DNA of 64,000 bases from positions 1 through 64,000 of the IMG/VR virus record IMGVR_UViG_3300037068_000153, one strand, 5' to 3'. How positions within the stretch are numbered: the first letter of the stretch is position 1; every line of letters starts with the position of its first letter. This document shows, piece by piece, positions 9,048 through 18,231 of the stretch. The position numbers were made by a program, and so were the translations under genes. A model generated the notes under the pieces. That model was not told the DNA's origin. It was given only the letters and a program-made list of their open reading frames with translations, and did not search any database. The stretch comes from a virus.

Positions 9048-10168
9048 AGCCGCTCGTCATCTACCACAAGGGCTGCATGGATGGCGCCGCGGCTGCGCTC
9101 GCGGCCTGGCTCCGCTTCGGCGAGGAGGCCGAGTACCGCCCGGTGAGCTACGGTGACCCGGCGCCAATCGACGACGAGGTCCACGGGCGCGACGTGTACG
9201 TGCTCGACTTCAGCTACCCACGCGCGGAGCTGGAGCGCTTGGACAAGGTGTGCGCGTCGCCCGACGGCGGGCATATTGAGGTTCACGATCACCACAAATC
9301 CGCCATGGCTTATTGTGAGGGGCTGGAATTCTGCACCTTCGACATGGAGCACTCGGGCGCGGCGCTGGCATGGTTTCGCTTCCACGGTCGCAGACGCGCC
9401 GGCGACGACACGCTGCTCCCCGAGCTGTTCGCCTACATCCAGGACCGCGACCTCTGGCGCTGGAAGCTGCCGGGCACCAGGGAGGTCTCGGCGGCGCTTG
9501 GCGCCTCTGGCGCGCTGACCAACTTCCGCAAGTTGGTCCCGATCTTTCGCGACTGGAACAATATCAGCCTCGGGCAGACGCTTCGCGAGAGGTTGATCTC
9601 CGAGGGCGGCGCCATCCTCCGCGCCGAGCGCCTGCAGGTCGAGCGCATCGTCGCGACCGCGGAGGAGGTCGTGATCCCGTATTTCGACAATATCGAAACG
9701 GCGACCACGGCCCGCGGCGCGACGGGCATGGCCCGAATGCGTAGCGTTCGCGTCCTCGCGGCCTGCTCGTCGGTCCTGCAGTCCGAGGTCGGCGAGGAGC
9801 TCGCTATCGAGTCCGCCCGCCGCGGCCGCGAAGCGGTCGGGGTCGCCTACTACAAGGACGGCCCGTCGGGCAAGTGGCGCGTGTCGCTGCGCTCGCGAGA
9901 CATCGAGGTGCCTAACATGCACCCGCGGGACGATAGATCACCGGGACAGATCCCCGCCCCCGACGTCTCCGCCATCGCCAAGTCGTTCAACGGCGGCGGG
10001 CACCATCAAGCCGCCGGGTTCGAGTGCGAGCGGCTGCCATGGGACAACGACGATCTCGACGTCATCGCGATTCGCAACATGGTGGAGAAACAGGGGGAGC
10101 GCTACGACGATCCGACGTCGCAGGCGTGTGATGAGATCATCGACTACATCGACGGTCTCAAGCGATGA
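9044..10168 (+). CDS. DHH/DHHA1 family phosphoesterase
   Basis: IYH..C.DG, LDFS, DHHK, SGA, YIQDRDLW, SLRS, GGGH..AAGF. Confidence 0.92.
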   Translation: MKPLVIYHKGCMDGAAAALAAWLRFGEEAEYRPVSYGDPAPIDDEVHGRDVYVLDFSYPRAELERLDKVCASPDGGHIEVHDHHKSAMAYCEGLEFCTFDMEHSGAALAWFRFHGRRRAGDDTLLPELFAYIQDRDLWRWKLPGTREVSAALGASGALTNFRKLVPIFRDWNNISLGQTLRERLISEGGAILRAERLQVERIVATAEEVVIPYFDNIETATTARGATGMARMRSVRVLAACSSVLQSEVGEELAIESARRGREAVGVAYYKDGPSGKWRVSLRSRDIEVPNMHPRDDRSPGQIPAPDVSAIAKSFNGGGHHQAAGFECERLPWDNDDLDVIAIRNMVEKQGERYDDPTSQACDEIIDYIDGLKR

Positions 10169-10413
10169 CCTTCATCATCGTGGTCGCCAGCCGGCAAGGC
10201 ATCGTCAAGTTCGAGTGCAGCGCGCCCGCGGGCGCGCGCCAAGCCGTCGAGGACCTGGGCGAGTCCGCGTCGGTGGCTGCGGGCGTGGAGCGCTGGGCGC
10301 GCGCGGCTCGCGTCGGCGCGTGGCTCGACTGGCCGGGCGGGTACGCGTTCGCGGTGAGCGGCCCGGCGGCGAGGGTGGCGGACGAGCCCCACGCGTCGAA
10401 GGCGCGAGCATGA
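10165..10413 (+). CDS. hypothetical protein
   Basis: ATGA overlaps on both sides. Confidence 0.55.
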   Translation: MTFIIVVASRQGIVKFECSAPAGARQAVEDLGESASVAAGVERWARAARVGAWLDWPGGYAFAVSGPAARVADEPHASKARA

Positions 10414-10772
10414 AGCCCCGAGTCGGACAATGGCTCTTCGCGTCCTGCTCCGCGCAGGACTACGGCGAGATCGTAGGCGTGGGGCAGGACGGCAACGGGA
10501 CCCCGACGGTAGACATCCGCCTGGAAGATTCACAGGATTTGATCTGGTTCGGCGAGGACGACCTCGACCACTGGACGCCCGAGAAGGGCGGCTTTGGGTA
10601 CCACGTCCTGACGCGGTTGGAGGTCTCGCCCGGGGCGACGCTGATCCTCCGTGGGGTGCAGTACCGTGAGACGAACGATGATGATTTCATCGAGTGCTTC
10701 ACCCCCGGCGACGGCTGCTATCGCTGCACCAAGCTGCTCTGGCTGCGCGATCAAAAAACACCGCGCTCGTGA
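10410..10772 (+). CDS. hypothetical protein
   Basis: ATGA/GTGA overlaps; acidic composition. Confidence 0.65.
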   Translation: MKPRVGQWLFASCSAQDYGEIVGVGQDGNGTPTVDIRLEDSQDLIWFGEDDLDHWTPEKGGFGYHVLTRLEVSPGATLILRGVQYRETNDDDFIECFTPGDGCYRCTKLLWLRDQKTPRS

Positions 10773-12646
10773 AGCTCTCCGAGCGCCTCCGCCCGCTGCT
10801 CTCCCCCGGGTCGGCCAACGACTCGCCCCTCATCGAGCGCGTCCTGCGCGAGAAGGGCGTCGGGCGCTCGGCGGAGTGGCGCCGCATCCAGTCGCTCCCG
10901 CGCCGCCGGCTCGACCTCTCGATAGATCTCACCCCGATCTGGCTCATCCCCGACGCCGACTGCCCTGGATGCGACCTCTGCCGCGACCCCGACGGCCGCC
11001 CGCGCCAGCCGCGTCTGCGCCCGATCCAGTCGGCGGCGCCGCTGGAGGCCGAGCGCGTCGGCGGGCTCTATGCGCCGATCGGCGTCGGGCATGGCAAGGA
11101 GCTGATCTGCCTCCTCCTGCCCGACGCGCTCCAGGCGCAACGCGCCGTCATCCTCACCGAGGCCCGGCTCAAGTCGCAGATGCTCGACGTCGATATTCCT
11201 CGCTATGGTCGCCACTTCCGGCTGCCGCTCGACCGCGTCGCCGGGGTCGTCTCTTACTCCGAGCTGTCGGGCACCGCCAACGGCGACGCGCTGTCGCGTC
11301 TGAACGCCGACGCGTATATCTGCAACGAAGCGCATACACTGGAGAACGACTCAGTGCGCTCCGATCGCTTCTGGCGCGACGTCGACGCGCACCCTGACGC
11401 GCCGGTCTGCGTACTGTCGGGCACGCTCGGATCGAAAGGCATCAAGCGCGGCCGGCGGCTGCCCGAGCGCGCGCTGCGCGGCCTGTGCTTCGTGCCGCGC
11501 ACGTACCAGGAAGCGGACGACTGGGGCCGCGCCATCGACCCCAACCCGGAGGCCGGCGTCGACCCGCTCGAGCCCGGCGCGCTGCTCGACCTGTGCGGCC
11601 CCGGGGACCTCGCCGACGAGCTCGACCGGCTCAGCCCCGAGGAGCAGGCCCGCTTCGTCTCGCAGTCCTCGGACGCCATGCCCGTGCGCCGGCTGGTGGC
11701 CTGGCGCATCTTTCGCCGCCGCTCGACCGAGACCCCGGGTGTGGTGGCGACCGAGGGGGCGTCGGTTGACTGTCGGCTGGTCATCCGCGCCCGATCGCTG
11801 GTGCACACGCCCCCGGTCGCGGCGGCGCTGGCCGAGCTGCGCCGGACGTGGTCGGTCGGCGGCCAGGACCTCGTCGACGCCAAGGAGGTGGCGCGGTTCG
11901 CCAAGCAGCTCTACTGGGGCTTCTTTTACCGGTGGGTGTGGCCCAACGGCAGGGACGAGGAGTGGCTGGCCGCGCGCTCCGCCTGGCGCGGGTTCCAGCG
12001 CGACTGGCTTGCGCGCCGTGGGCGCCCGGGGTGCGACTCGCCGGAGCTGCTGCGCCGGGCGGTCGAGCGCGGCGAGGTGGCGTCGATCGAGTACGCGGCA
12101 TGGCTGGCCGTGGCCGATCGCTACCAGCCCGAGCCGCCCAAGGAGACGGTCTGGCTCGACCGCGACCTGTGCGCGGACGAGGCGCTGGCGTTCGCCGTGG
12201 CGTGCGAGCGTGAGCGTGCGCCGGGGATCGTCTGGTACGAGCACCGCGCCATAGGCCAGGAGCTGGCGGAGCGCGGGCTGCCCGTGTTCACGGCCGGGGC
12301 TGAGGGCGACAAGATCGTCGACTTCCGCGGCTGGGCTTGCGCCGCCAGCATAGCGGCGCACTCGACCGGGAAGAACCTGCAGCACTTCCGGCGCAACCTG
12401 TGCCTGACCCCGCCGTCGAGCAACAAGCGCTGGGAGCAGATGCTGGGCCGCTCGCATCGCCCCGGACAGGAGGCGGACCTCGTCGAGTTTGACGTCCACG
12501 CGGGCGACCGCGCGCTGCGCAACGCCATCTGCGCCGCCTACCGCGAGGCGCGCGGCGAGTCGGAGATGCGCGAGCCGCAGCGCCTAGCGTACGCCGAGCG
12601 CGAGGGCCTCGACTTTGTCGAGGAGGACGAGAGGTGGGGCGGTTAG
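10769..12646 (+). CDS. superfamily 2 helicase-like protein
   Basis: LRPIQ, GVGHGKE (motif I), ICNEAH (II), LSGT (III), STGKNLQ (V), EQMLGRSHRPGQ (VI). Confidence 0.85.
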   Translation: MKLSERLRPLLSPGSANDSPLIERVLREKGVGRSAEWRRIQSLPRRRLDLSIDLTPIWLIPDADCPGCDLCRDPDGRPRQPRLRPIQSAAPLEAERVGGLYAPIGVGHGKELICLLLPDALQAQRAVILTEARLKSQMLDVDIPRYGRHFRLPLDRVAGVVSYSELSGTANGDALSRLNADAYICNEAHTLENDSVRSDRFWRDVDAHPDAPVCVLSGTLGSKGIKRGRRLPERALRGLCFVPRTYQEADDWGRAIDPNPEAGVDPLEPGALLDLCGPGDLADELDRLSPEEQARFVSQSSDAMPVRRLVAWRIFRRRSTETPGVVATEGASVDCRLVIRARSLVHTPPVAAALAELRRTWSVGGQDLVDAKEVARFAKQLYWGFFYRWVWPNGRDEEWLAARSAWRGFQRDWLARRGRPGCDSPELLRRAVERGEVASIEYAAWLAVADRYQPEPPKETVWLDRDLCADEALAFAVACERERAPGIVWYEHRAIGQELAERGLPVFTAGAEGDKIVDFRGWACAASIAAHSTGKNLQHFRRNLCLTPPSSNKRWEQMLGRSHRPGQEADLVEFDVHAGDRALRNAICAAYREARGESEMREPQRLAYAEREGLDFVEEDERWGG

Positions 12647-12690
12647 AAAAGATTTCGGTTGACACTCACGCCCAGTAAGCGCGAGTATCG
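12645..12690 (+). promoter_or_regulatory. conserved early promoter
   Basis: AAAAGATTTCGGTTGACA (TTGACA 12659-12664); GCGCGAG 15 nt after TTGAC. Confidence 0.7.
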
Positions 12691-12730
12691 GTTGCACGCT
12701 TCGAATTCAACTTCGACAGGAGCCAGAGAG

Positions 12731-13372
12731 ATGGGAATCTTCGACCGCAAGCCCGCATCCGCCCCCCAGACCGCGCCCGCCGCAGGCGCCCCGCCACCGC
12801 AATATACCCAGCGCACCGCGCCACCCCAGGACAGCTGGAACGAGGACGACGATCCGTTCGCCGACGCCGCAGATGCAGCCAAGAAGGCGGGTGGCACACG
12901 CTTCCCGCAAATCTTCAGCGACGGCCAATGCAGCCACGCGCTCGTCGTCGACCGCATTATCGGGCGTAGGGCTCGCCTTGGCGGCCAGTCCTACCTCGTC
13001 GAGTGCCGCGTGGTCTGGTGCAGCCGGCCGGACATCGCCGCGGGCACGCCGCGGACCTTCATGGAGCTGCAGTCCAAGGAGGGCTGGCTCTCCCGCGTCG
13101 CCAAGTTCATCATGGCGGCCAGCGGCTGCACGGCCGCTGACATCGATACACCCGGCGTCAAGTCGACCTTCTCGCCCGATCAACCGTTCGTCGGCCTGAT
13201 GTTCATGAACGACAATTCCCCGTCGCCGGACAGGAAGGACGCCAGCGGGCAGCCCTTCATCAACACCAACTTCCGAGCCATGAACGCGTCGGAGTGGGCG
13301 CGCTTTGCGCCGATGATGCAGGCGCTCGACGCCAACTGGCGGCCCAACGCGCTCCAGCCCGGCGCGTCGTAG
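12731..13372 (+). CDS. putative single-stranded DNA-binding protein
   Basis: AGGAG RBS; located between helicase and polymerase; beta-rich core. Assignment is mostly from context. Confidence 0.55.
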   Translation: MGIFDRKPASAPQTAPAAGAPPPQYTQRTAPPQDSWNEDDDPFADAADAAKKAGGTRFPQIFSDGQCSHALVVDRIIGRRARLGGQSYLVECRVVWCSRPDIAAGTPRTFMELQSKEGWLSRVAKFIMAASGCTAADIDTPGVKSTFSPDQPFVGLMFMNDNSPSPDRKDASGQPFINTNFRAMNASEWARFAPMMQALDANWRPNALQPGAS

Positions 13373-13382
13373 TTTCGTTCCC

Positions 13383-13512
13383 CAGAGTTGTGCGTAAATT
13401 GCCGTCCAGTATCTACGTCGGCGGCAACGATGTTGAATCTCGAGATATATGCATCGTGCACGCTCTACTGATGCGGTGTTGCCCCGAGCCGCGGAGATTC
13501 GGGGCCCTTTTA
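13383..13512 (+). ncRNA. putative structured RNA (three-way junction plus hairpin)
   Basis: Complementary pairs AGAGTTGTGCG/TGCACGCTCT, TTGCCGTC/GGCGGCAA and CGATGT/GCATCG, then GCCCCGAG/TTCGGGGC followed by a short T-run. Confidence 0.4.
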
Positions 13513-13593
13513 GGGCGCGTAGACCGTTAGGGACGCGGGGCGGCCTGTAGAGCCGCAGCTTCGGCCGGCGTGGTTCGACTCCACGAGCGCCCA
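13513..13593 (+). tRNA. tRNA-Tyr(GTA), atypical D-arm, CCA not encoded
   Basis: Acceptor GGGCGC/GCGCCC, anticodon arm GCGGC-CTGTAGA-GCCGC, variable hairpin GCTTCGGC, T-arm CGTGG-TTCGACT-CCACG, discriminator A. Confidence 0.85.
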
Positions 13594-13609
13594 CTTTTTG
13601 GAGGTTCGT

Positions 13610-13801
13610 ATGCCACGCTCGATTCAGACGACCATCAACGTGGGCGACGGCGTCTGCGATCTTTGCCGGGGAAGCGAATTGGTCGCAGGATGGCTGATCC
13701 CTAATAACTCCCCGGCGGTGCGCACTCGCCTTTGCCGGACATGTCTGCGCTGCGTCGCCGCTGCTCTCCGCGCCGTCAAGCGCGAGCTGGACCGCAAGTG
13801 A
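13610..13801 (+). CDS. small Zn-finger-like protein
   Basis: GGAGG RBS; CDLC...CRTC. Confidence 0.6.
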   Translation: MPRSIQTTINVGDGVCDLCRGSELVAGWLIPNNSPAVRTRLCRTCLRCVAAALRAVKRELDRK

Positions 13802-14400
13802 TCGACGTCAAGATCAAGCTCCTGCGTCCGACGGCGCGGCTCCCCGAGCGCATGACCGCGGGCGCGGCGGGGCTCGACTGCCGCTCGGCGGCGCGGACGG
13901 AGGTGCGCGTCTACCCGGACTGCCGCGCCGTCGTGCCGCTGGGCTTCGCGGTCGAGGTGCCCGAGGGCTGGGTGGCGCATCTCGTGCCGCGGTCGGGACA
14001 CGCGTTCAAGCACGGCGTGGTCGAGTACTGGGGCACGATCGACAGCGATTACCGCGGCGAGGTCAAGGCCCTCCTCTTCAATCACGGCGACCGTGCCTAC
14101 GACGTCCAGCCCGGCGAGCGCGTGTGTCAGATGATCTTCTCCCGCGTGCCCGAGGTGACGCTCACGGTCGTCGACGAGCTGTCGGGCACGGCGCGCGGGG
14201 AGAACGGTGTGGGGAGCACGGGGCGCGGGGAGAGTCTGGGCTTCTGCCGTTGTACGTCCCCGAGGGGGAATGTGGACTCTGAGAGCTGTTCGACGTGCGG
14301 TGGAATCTGGAAAGCCGTGCGACGCGCTGTCATTGTCCATGAACAGCATTGTGCTATCAGCACAGGCATTTGTAATTGTAGCGCCAGAAGGGGGTCATGA
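13798..14400 (+). CDS. dut: trimeric dUTPase with Cys-rich C-terminal extension
   Basis: AAGLD, PRSG, GTIDSDYRGE, GERVCQ, RGENGVGSTG. Confidence 0.92.
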   Translation: MIDVKIKLLRPTARLPERMTAGAAGLDCRSAARTEVRVYPDCRAVVPLGFAVEVPEGWVAHLVPRSGHAFKHGVVEYWGTIDSDYRGEVKALLFNHGDRAYDVQPGERVCQMIFSRVPEVTLTVVDELSGTARGENGVGSTGRGESLGFCRCTSPRGNVDSESCSTCGGIWKAVRRAVIVHEQHCAISTGICNCSARRGS

Positions 14401-14630
14401 CCGCCCGTCGCTGCTACTGCGGCCTCGTCCGCGTTCCCGGCCGACCCTGCGGCCACGGCGCGCCCGCCGGCGCGTCGCCCCGCGAGCTCAAGCGCGCGGC
14501 GTCGAAGCTGCGCCAGCGGGAGGTCCTGCACGCGTCGCGCAAGGCGCCCGGGTATATCAAGCGGCGCGAGATCCAGGCGGCCTGGTCGCCGCCGGTCGGC
14601 GTCTTCCCCAAGTTCAACGGAGGTCGATAG
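14397..14630 (+). CDS. small basic hypothetical protein
   Basis: ATGA overlap. Confidence 0.5.
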   Translation: MTARRCYCGLVRVPGRPCGHGAPAGASPRELKRAASKLRQREVLHASRKAPGYIKRREIQAAWSPPVGVFPKFNGGR

Positions 14631-14632
14631 CA

Positions 14633-14836
14633 ATGGACTGGATCGTGTTCGCCTACGCGTGCGGCTTCGGTCTGTCCTCAGCGGCCATCGCCATGGGCGT
14701 GTCTCTGATCTGGTATGAGCCGCTGCGGCGCGACCTCGAGCGCGTGCAGCGTAGGCTGCGCGCCATGGAAGAGGCGGCTGAGGCCCGCGAGGCGAATGAC
14801 CGCAGGTACGAGGTCGAGCGCGGGCCGCACCGATGA
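14633..14836 (+). CDS. membrane protein ending in YEVERGPHR
   Basis: GGAGG RBS, N-terminal TM segment, coiled coil. Confidence 0.7.
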   Translation: MDWIVFAYACGFGLSSAAIAMGVSLIWYEPLRRDLERVQRRLRAMEEAAEAREANDRRYEVERGPHR

Positions 14837-15234
14837 TCGTAGGCTTCACAGGCACCCGCGATGGCATGACGCGCGAGCAGGGTGAGCGCGCCGCGCAGAT
14901 CGTGCACGAGCAACGCCCGACCGAGGTGCACCATGGCTGCTGCGTCGGCGCCGATGCGGAGTTGCACGCCGTCGCCAAGTGGTTCTGGTCGGTCGTTGGG
15001 CACCCCGGGCCGCAGGGGCAGCACCGCGCCGAGCTGACCGGCTTCGCGCGCCTGCACCCCGCCAAGGACTTCGGCGACCGCAATCAGGACATCGTCGACG
15101 CCTGCGACGTGTTGGTGGCCGCGCCCAAGGAGTACAGCGAGCAGCCGAGCGGTGGCACCTGGCAGACCGTGCGCCGCGCGCGCCGCGCCGGCAAGCGTGT
15201 CATCATCGTATGGCCGGATGGATCGACGACATGA
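14833..15234 (+). CDS. SLOG (DprA/YpsA-like) nucleotide-binding protein
   Basis: VGFTGTR, HHGCCVGAD, RNQDIV, SGGTWQTVR. Confidence 0.85.
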   Translation: MIVGFTGTRDGMTREQGERAAQIVHEQRPTEVHHGCCVGADAELHAVAKWFWSVVGHPGPQGQHRAELTGFARLHPAKDFGDRNQDIVDACDVLVAAPKEYSEQPSGGTWQTVRRARRAGKRVIIVWPDGSTT

Positions 15235-17378
15235 AACTCGTCTCCTTCGACACGGAGACGCACCTAATCCGCGCGGGCTGCCTCGCCCCGCGCATGGTGT
15301 GCCTGTCGTTCGCCATCCCGCATCTGACCGGCGCCGTCACGGGCGTCGTGCTGCGCGACCGCGGGCTCGAGCTTCTGCGCGGTTGGCTCCTCGATCCTGA
15401 GATCCACTTCGTCCTGCACAACGCCCCCTACGACTTCGGCGTCGCGTGCGCCGAGGACCCCGAGCTGGTGCCGCTCGTGTTCGACGCCTACGCCGCCGGG
15501 CGCGTGCGCTGCACCTCGACGCGGCAGAAGCTGCTCGACGTGGCTCTGGGCATGCGCAAGTGGCGCCGCTACCGCGGGCGCGTGGTGCGCGCGTCGTACG
15601 GGCTGAGTGACCTCGTTGAAATGTACTTCGACCAGCACCTCGAGAAGGTCGACACCTGGCGCTTGCGCTACTCCGAGCTCGATGACGTCCCGGTCGAGCA
15701 GTGGCCCGAGGCCGCGCGCGCGTACGCCATTTCCGACGCGGTCGAGGCGCTGCGCGTGCACGACGCGCAGGAGGAGGCCATCAAGGAGTACTTCGGCGAG
15801 CTGCCCAACCAGGCCGAGCAGCAGCGCGCCGCCTGGGTCCTGCACCTCATGTCGATGTGGGGCATCCGCGCCTCGGGCGAGCACGTCGAGGCGTTCGAGC
15901 GCCACTGCCGCGACGAGATCGAAAAGATGGAGCGCTCGCTCTTCTGGTCGTGCGAGGAGTGCGGCCGCGACCGCGACGAGCACGATGACGTGTCGTGCCC
16001 GACCTTCGCCAACACCGGGATCTTCAGGACCGACAAGAAAACGGGCGAGCCCAGGCGCAACCCCAACGGCACACCGCAGCGGATCATGAAGGAGATCATG
16101 GACCGCGTCGTGATCTCGCTCGAGGCGCAGGGCGCCACCGTCCCGCGCACGCCGACGGGCCTGCCCAAGACGGACGCTGACACCCTGCTCCTCACCGATG
16201 ATCCCGCGCTCCATGTCCTCGCCGAATCGATGTCGTTCGCCAAGCACCTCGGCCAGTGGGGGCCGGTACTGCGCGCCGCCGTAGACCGGCCGGTGTGCTG
16301 CCGGTATATCGAGCTGGTCGAGACCGGGCGCACGGCGTCGTCGGGCTCCGAGGGGCAGGAGGGAACCAACGTGCAGAACCCGCCCCGCAAGGGCGAGGTG
16401 CGGCCGGCGGTGGTGCCCCGCGAAGGATACGTGTTCTGCTCCACGGACGCGGACGCCATCGAGCTGGTGGCGCACGCGGAGAATTGCCTCGACCTCCTCA
16501 AGTGGTCGCGCACCGCCGAGACCATCATCCAGTGGAAACAGTCGGACGGCCCCGACCCGCACGAGGCGCTGGCGGCGAGCATTGTCGGCACGACCCCGGC
16601 GGCGCTCCAGGCTGCGGTGCGCGCCGGCGATCGCGACGCGGAGGACGCGCGCCAGTTCGCCAAGATCCCGCAGTACGGCTTCCTCGGTGGTCTCGGCCCG
16701 CGCGTGTTCGTCGCCTACGCCGCGGCGCAGCTCGAGCGTGAGCAATTCCTCAAATGGTTCCACGTCGACCGCCGGGTGGCGGAGAAGAAGGCCAAGCAAA
16801 TCCGCGAGGCGTGGTTCGAGTACGCGCCGGAGAACCGGCCCTACTTCCAGCTCATCGAGAAGATGATGAACGGCGAGCGACTGGCGACCGTGCGGCAGCT
16901 CATGTCCGGCCGCATCCGCGGCGGCGCGCGCTTTACGGCCATCGCCAACGGCTTCTTTCAGGGCCGCGTCGCCGATGCCATGAAGGAGATCCTCTTCCGG
17001 CTCGGGGACGAGTGTTATACGGGGCGCTGCACGAGCGCGCACCGCCACGGTGGGTCGGGCGACTGCACGCACCAGGGCCGGTCGATCCTGGTCGGCTCGC
17101 GGCCGGTCATGTTTCTGCACGACGAGCCCATCCTCGAGCACCCGGAGAACGGGACCGAGGGCGATCGTGGACGCCGGCAGCAGGCGGTCGTGCTCGAGGG
17201 CTTGGCGAAGTGGTTTCCGCGCGTCCCGTCGGGCAGTACGTTCGTGCTCATGCGGCGCTGGCACAAGGGCGCCAAGCCGATCAAAGGCTCGCCGCACCTG
17301 CCGGTCATGCCGGTCAAGGACGCGGAGGGCAAAACGCGCTGGGTGCACGACTCGGGCGCAGAAAGGATGGCGGCATGA
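15231..17378 (+). CDS. polA: family A DNA polymerase with 3'-5' exonuclease domain
   Basis: SFDTET (ExoI), HNAPYD (ExoII), YAISDA (ExoIII), TGRTAS, QNPPR, DADAIE (A), RQFAKIPQYG (B), LHDE (C). Confidence 0.92.
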   Translation: MKLVSFDTETHLIRAGCLAPRMVCLSFAIPHLTGAVTGVVLRDRGLELLRGWLLDPEIHFVLHNAPYDFGVACAEDPELVPLVFDAYAAGRVRCTSTRQKLLDVALGMRKWRRYRGRVVRASYGLSDLVEMYFDQHLEKVDTWRLRYSELDDVPVEQWPEAARAYAISDAVEALRVHDAQEEAIKEYFGELPNQAEQQRAAWVLHLMSMWGIRASGEHVEAFERHCRDEIEKMERSLFWSCEECGRDRDEHDDVSCPTFANTGIFRTDKKTGEPRRNPNGTPQRIMKEIMDRVVISLEAQGATVPRTPTGLPKTDADTLLLTDDPALHVLAESMSFAKHLGQWGPVLRAAVDRPVCCRYIELVETGRTASSGSEGQEGTNVQNPPRKGEVRPAVVPREGYVFCSTDADAIELVAHAENCLDLLKWSRTAETIIQWKQSDGPDPHEALAASIVGTTPAALQAAVRAGDRDAEDARQFAKIPQYGFLGGLGPRVFVAYAAAQLEREQFLKWFHVDRRVAEKKAKQIREAWFEYAPENRPYFQLIEKMMNGERLATVRQLMSGRIRGGARFTAIANGFFQGRVADAMKEILFRLGDECYTGRCTSAHRHGGSGDCTHQGRSILVGSRPVMFLHDEPILEHPENGTEGDRGRRQQAVVLEGLAKWFPRVPSGSTFVLMRRWHKGAKPIKGSPHLPVMPVKDAEGKTRWVHDSGAERMAA

Positions 17379-17653
17379 GCCCGCGAAGCGCTATCTACTG
17401 CGAGCACGCCAACGAGGTTCCATATAGCTGCTCGTGTGATGCTGAATGCTACTGCAAAGAACATACGTGCAAACGCAGTCCCCTTGTCGCGCGCATGATG
17501 CAAACGGCGGCCGAGTTCGACTATCACCAAGCCTACGGCTGCACAGAATACGTAACGTGGAAAATTCAGTTTGCGATGATCTGGGCGGTCATCGCGTCGA
17601 TGATGCCAAAGCCCCGGGAGCCTTCACGCTGGACCATGCTGGAGATCGAATGA
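17375..17653 (+). CDS. Cys-rich hypothetical protein
   Basis: CEHANE..C.C...CYC....C; ATGA overlaps. Confidence 0.65.
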   Translation: MSPRSAIYCEHANEVPYSCSCDAECYCKEHTCKRSPLVARMMQTAAEFDYHQAYGCTEYVTWKIQFAMIWAVIASMMPKPREPSRWTMLEIE

Positions 17654-18231
17654 ACATCCTTCTCAGCATCGACCCCGGCCTGCGTGGCTGCGGCTGCGCC
17701 CTATGGCGCGATGGCGAGCTGCAATGCGCAGAGTACGTTCGCGGCTGTAAGGACAACGCGGCGGCGTTCGCGGACGTGGTCGAGGAGATGGGACAAGAAA
17801 TTGAATCATGGGCTCAGCACGAGTCAAATTTCGATTTCCTGACATTCATTGATTCATGGCTCGTCATCGAGCGCCAGCGCGTCTACGGCGGGCGCGCCGC
17901 GCGCGGCGATGCGTCGGATCTCATCGACGTGGCGGTAGTCGTCGGCGCCATCGTAGGTCGCCTGGGCGTGCCGACGCGTATCATCCATTCACAGGACTGG
18001 AAAGGCACCATAAAAAAGCCACGGACAAAAGCGGAATACCGCCGCGATGGCTACGTGGTCGAGAACCGGACGCAACGAGATCTAAGCCCCGAGGAGCTGG
18101 CGAGAATCGAGCTCGTCAAGAATTGGGACGACAATCTCGATGTATGGGATGCCACGGGCATCGGGCTCTGGGCGCTACGAGCGACAGGAGCGCGGGCATG
18201 GGAGAAGAGCGGGTCGAGATCGCAGTCCTGA
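17650..18231 (+). CDS. RuvC-like Holliday junction resolvase
   Basis: LSIDPG, VIER, WKG, DVWDATGIG. Confidence 0.8.
   Translation: MNILLSIDPGLRGCGCALWRDGELQCAEYVRGCKDNAAAFADVVEEMGQEIESWAQHESNFDFLTFIDSWLVIERQRVYGGRAARGDASDLIDVAVVVGAIVGRLGVPTRIIHSQDWKGTIKKPRTKAEYRRDGYVVENRTQRDLSPEELARIELVKNWDDNLDVWDATGIGLWALRATGARAWEKSGSRSQS

Noticed and set aside
13460-13480. Hammerhead ribozyme core (CTGATG)
   Set aside because: Reads CTGATGC rather than CTGATGA, and no matching GAAA/UH elements are positioned correctly.
15264-17348. Long antisense ORFs (e.g. 694 aa here, 55179-57368, 40472-42049, 42322-43911)
   Set aside because: Shadow frames of high-GC genes; they lie opposite genes with clear family motifs and have no recognisable motifs of their own.
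15231-17378. Intein or intron in PolA or the helicase
   Set aside because: Insertions are short and lack intein C..HN termini or LAGLIDADG motifs; the reading frames are continuous.
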